A program made the translations under genes and the position numbers. Shown here one piece after another: positions 59,078 through 64,000 of a DNA stretch of 64,000 nucleotides. The notes under the pieces are model-generated. The model saw nothing but the letters and a program-made list of their open reading frames with translations. It was not told where the DNA came from and did no database searches. This stretch comes from Lingula anatina (lineage: Eukaryota; Animalia; Brachiopoda). The stretch spans positions 63,094,788 through 63,158,787 of the forward strand of contig CM120640.1 of the NCBI GenBank assembly GCA_051362555.1, in the 5' to 3' direction. The number at the start of each line of letters is the position of its first letter. Position 1 is the first letter of the stretch.

Positions 59078-62000
59078 CACAGTAATATCTATCTGCTAGC
59101 ACTGATTGCCATGCAGTTCTCCAATTATCATAGGGTTTAAAATGTGGTCAGTGGCTTTAATGTGGTACCAAGGCAATGTCTCTCACTAACTTAGTAACTA
59201 CCACTTCTTCTTGTGACCTATGACAGCATTTAGTGACACTTACTAGACAGAAGAGTGAAATATAGACTAGCTCATTACAGGAGGCCAACCTAAAATTTCT
59301 GCAATCCCGCCAACCACCATCCCCATGACATGGGCACAGCAGGCAACTCAACTTGGGCTCTTCCTAGAAACTTAAAACATCGTTGGAAATCACACAGCGA
59401 ATATACACAAGTTTCAAAATAACCATTGAATAAAGAAAGTAACTTGATAGCTGTTTTTATATTTCTTTCATATCAACAAGAGCATTGAAATCAGATCAAT
59501 GAAAACACTCAATTGAAGGGTTGAAAGCAGGAAAATCTTTCATGCTGTTGTTCTTATGCTAAAAAATTAAGACATTTCCTAAAATGTTAAAGCCATTAAT
59601 TTGAAATTTGACTGGTAAATAAATGTATATAAAATGGCATATATAATATATTAAGAAATGTTACATTTTTTATGACAATCAGATCATTGATTGACTTTTT
59701 TCTTTTACAGATGGAGCACAATTATAATGAAAGGCTTTCACATTCATATTTCTACATTTAAAAGATGCTCTTGACAAAGTTTTTTCCACATGCAAGGCTA
59801 TATATCTAATACTTGATGAAGTCTCACACAACTGCAAAACACAGCTTCAAAGCAACTATCACAAATTAATGACAAGATAATTCCAACACTTTGTTTCATT
59901 CAATCTGAAACATGAATATTCACAAAAGAGGACAAAGACGTGCCAGGAATAACACTCCATAACATTTCCAATGGTAATTAGATGCTACCAGCATCTCCAA
60001 TAACACATCATATTATGTCCAATGAACAGTGCTCTAAACTGTGATCTCAAACAACCCATCTGCAAACATTTAAGTTTTCAAGGTCAAACATCCGTATAGG
60101 TAATTCCCCAGAAATATGAATTTTTATAGGTATCTGGAAACATATTGCACATCAAAGCAGTTAGCTAAAAATCAGTGCAAGTTGTTTAACGGATTTAACC
60201 CCTCCCCCACCCCCCACCCCCCACCCCCGGGCCTTAAGCATTGTCAATATCATGCTCAGTTGGTGTTAAATTGATCAAAGTTTGCATGCGTGCACAGATC
60301 ACTGAGTTATAACAGAATGGTAAGAGGCTTTTGCTCATTTTAATTGTATATTGATCGGCCTTTATGTACACACAAGTGGCTTTGCTACAAAGTAAAAAGA
60401 TGGTCCAAGTCATTACAACAGCCTATGCAAGCTGAGCTAATAGCAAATCAATAAAGCCTATCATATAGCTATTGGAAGTAGAAGCAATCAGAGGTCACAC
60501 GTTTATATCTTCATGATTTATATTAGGAGGGTGAGCATGATGAAGTGGAATGCAGTAGATGAGAAGATGTGATTTGCTGGAACAGTGTCACATCTGGAAC
60601 AATCATAAATGAAGAGGAATAAAGATTCAGCAGCACAATTCATGTTAGTTTTATTCCACAATGAATTGCAGAAGAAAAATTCAGGGGTAATGATATACGA
60701 TATTTGGTTTTAAAATCTCAATACAGACAATTATAATAATAATTATTATTATAAATAAATACAATCATAAATAAAAAAAAAATAAGAAAAACATTGAATT
60801 TAACCTCCAAGATGAAAAATATTCCAAAATGCCATTATCAAATCCGTCCTCCATCTCCCGCCTACCCATTGATAAAAGGATAAGGGGCCTTTTTTGGCCT
60901 GAAAATAGGATCTAGTTGGCTTTATAACAGAGCTAAACATTGCCCTAGGTTTAAAGATAAATGGCCCCCACCTTCTCAAATGTACCTGGTAGTAAAGCAA
61001 TGGTTTGGCAGCATGCAGGCTAAATAATTTGATAATTTGATCTAGGATCAGTTTGTTGAGGATGTGTTAATCTATTTTTTTTTTCAGTGCCACCGCCATG
61101 AAATCCTTTTAAATCAGAACTATAGCTACTGGGATATACCTTGACGACAAGCTATCAATATCAGAGGTGAAGCATATGGAGTTACTATTCAGAAAGTGCC
61201 TAGTAAAATATTCACACTACAATTTACTTCTGACGCAGATGCTGATAATTTGCTATGTGCTGGTGACACAAATCATTACAGTGTGGTTTCATCTGTCAAG
61301 TCAAACAGAGGCGCGCCACAAAAAGAGACAACCTTTGACACAAAGTAATCAGAAGCATAATCTCTGTTTGCTACCTCTGTTCACCTGAGGTTTTTTCCAG
61401 GTGTTGCCATTCCAGACAACTACAGTGAAAAACAGCAGAGGGAGCTGCTAGAGTTGCTAATAATGTCACTGAAAAGGAAAAGCTGCCTGAACAGAGACAT
61501 TAATTAAGAAGACGCGGTTTAACCTTAACCCACACATAAACCCACACAAGCAGACAGATGATAGAAGTAGTATCAATTCTTTTTACATAAAACACTTCCA
61601 GTACTTAGCTATCAACAGAGATGAAAATGGGCAATATAATTAAGCAAATATAATACATATAGTAAACTGCAGCTCTGCCATTCTTCATATTTACTAGGCC
61701 TAAGAAGCAAAGTCAAGAGAACGTTGAATGGGTTTCTCATACCTGTGCTATGTAGGTTCAACCATGTGTTGGAAATACCTGCGTCACAAGGTATTCTTGA
61801 CAAATCAACCATAAACAATACAGACCCTATTCAACAACAAACATAAAGAGATGAGGTTGGAGTGCATCTTAAAATTATTTGTGTTACTTCTAGAAAAATA
61901 TTTTCTTTTGTCAATTAATAAATGTCCTCTTAGTGAAGCTGGTGTATAAACTGCAGGTCAGGCATTAATATCTCAGCGAGCACTTTGCTCCCAAACTCAA

Positions 62001-64000
62001 AACTCTCATTTGCACCTTAGTATCAGAAGAACGCTGATTTTCATTCCTCAAATACCTGACCTTTTTTAACTCTGGGAAACAGTCAAATGAAGGTTAAAAC
62101 ACCAGCAAATGGAATTGGATTTTCTCATTTACGTACTTTTTCGACATTGGGATCTAATCTCTTCACCAATAATACTTCCGATGTTTTCTGCAGCATGAAT
62201 TCTAAATCCTTATCCATGGCCCGACTTAGCTAAGGGAAGTAAGCCAGATCTGTATATTCGAGAAAGAAAACCTGAAAAAATAATTTTTCCACCAAAACCA
62301 TATCAAAAAATGCTGTAAGGTGGCCAAATGAATTCTGCTGGAAGAAAAATCTGGCATCAATTATATGAAAATATTACATTCACAAAAAGCAATCTACATG
62401 TAGGTCTGCTAAAATACAATTCCCCAAATAATACCAACATAAAAGAAGATTCAATTGAACACATGTGCAATGGTGCAGACAGTGGTTTTGATGATCTTAA
62501 AAAACTACCCAAAAAGCCATACATGCTAAGAAAACTTTGCTGTCTTCCCACTGGTTGCCATAAATGAAATAAAATCATTGTGAATAAGGCCATAAGCTAG
62601 ATTGTGACAAAAAGAAAAGAAGAAAGGCCAATCTAAGTGAACCTTAGCACTACTTTGTGAAATACGTAGACTATCATCCATGATCAGACCATGGAAGATA
62701 ATGTTTATATGCTGTGTGTGCAGAGTTCACTATTCTGGATGTAATAAACTGAAATTAGTCTAGGATTGGGGAAATAAATAGAAATGGGTACAGGGAGACA
62801 GATATTGGATACTGAATCGCTTCAGTTATTTATCTAATCAGCCTATGAATTGCTAGACTAGGTATTTGCTCCCATCAGAGGCCAGACCACAGCAATAAAA
62901 TTTGCCCCATTTTTAGTGTGAAAAAGCATTTTGAAAGGATTATTATAAATTGGTTTTCAGTTTCACTGTTGAGCACTTTTTGCTTTGAATGATCACTCCC
63001 AGAAGGCAGTTAATCACACCTTTTTTGTAACTATATACATTGCGTGCTTGTGGTTAAATGCATTACAAAGTTGCATGGTTGTATGTATGCCTGTGAATAT
63101 GTCAGCTTGCAGATGAAAGCACATCTGTGCACGCAACGTGCAGGCGTATGTGTACATGCACAGAAACTGAAGAACCCTTTACCATCTAAAACATCAATTG
63201 CAAGAATAAAGTAAAACATCACATAAAACCAATTTACTGCTTCCCACTGTTTTGCTAAAGATCATACAAACACAGCAGAGTTACACATAATGGACTTGCA
63301 GATAGAGTGCCATCCACAATTAATAGCCATTCTACCACATTTTATTGAATACCTGTTCTAAACAGCTGTTTAATATAGGGTGATTTTTCAGTTTTCTGCC
63401 AAGAACTTTCCATCTCTAAAATCTGAGTCTCATGGGCAGAACTTTAAAAGGAGGCACTTACGTACTTCAAATAGTCCTGGGAATACACAGTTCATAGCAA
63501 ATTATGGATATGGAAAGCATCACCATACTATGAATGAGTTTCCAACTGAGTTCTCAAGTATATCTGTTTGATACATAAATACAAATAATTATGGTCCTAA
63601 CTGTGTGACCATTACATTTGAATACACATAAACATTTACCTCTTATGAGGTTTGAATAGATTGCTTATGAACTTATGCACCTAAGATAACATGTAAATTC
63701 ACAAAACTTATAATGAATATAAAATGAGAGAGAGAGAGAGAGAGGGAAAAAGTAATGATTTGGAATTTTGAGTGTACCATGTAATAAGCTAATAAAATAA
63801 GATAAAGTTTACAGGTCTATTACTTTAAGCCTTTTGGCTACGTTTCTAGCTATAAAATACCACACTGACAGGATTCCTTTCCTATCACCTGCCCTTAACA
63901 GTTACTATACTCTTAACCTAGTTGTTAACAAATCATGGCCAAGGGTTTACCTCAGAACCAGTTGTGGTATATGGCAGTGGCCACAGGGAACAATTTCACA

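Noticed and set aside
59157-59351. Cys-rich ORF crossing a phase-0 CTA|GTAAGT donor
   Set aside because: No in-frame ATG and no convincing acceptor; likely chance.
60198-60228. C-run tracts (also 43470-43493) with G4 potential on the minus strand
   Set aside because: Irregular low-complexity runs with no positional link to any feature.

Overview
AT-rich, CpG-depleted animal genomic DNA; the repeat style suggests a marine invertebrate, possibly a mollusc, but the taxon cannot be proven from the window. It holds three intron-containing genes whose exons I reconstructed by hand from GT/AG sites and phase continuity. (1) The 5' part of a TMTC1-like O-mannosyltransferase (minus, 7392 down past the window start). 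(2) A complete 216-aa ankyrin-repeat gene (plus, 7442-13198), head-to-head with TMTC1, the two ATGs only 49 bp apart around a CRE palindrome and a TISU-consensus start. (3) The catalytic 3' half of a PDE3 cAMP phosphodiesterase (minus, 29007-20111), with a very large upstream intronic region holding at least two probable alternative first coding exons and a cluster of perfect CRE sites. That region also carries an intact, apparently very young 4.6-kb tyrosine-recombinase retrotransposon (Ngaro/PAT-type split direct repeats A1-ORFs-B1-A2-B2, 38448-43037). This element is the main finding: it has one usable ATG but seems to make three proteins. Gag ends at a TGA; Gag-RT/RNaseH would arise by read-through of that single in-frame TGA; a Gag(N-terminal SAM-like)-recombinase fusion would arise from a phase-matched 2281-nt intron. 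A perfect (GGGT)3GGG G-quadruplex sits in the spacer between A2 and B2. Several MITEs, a foldback element, a Helentron-like repeat and microsatellites make up the rest.
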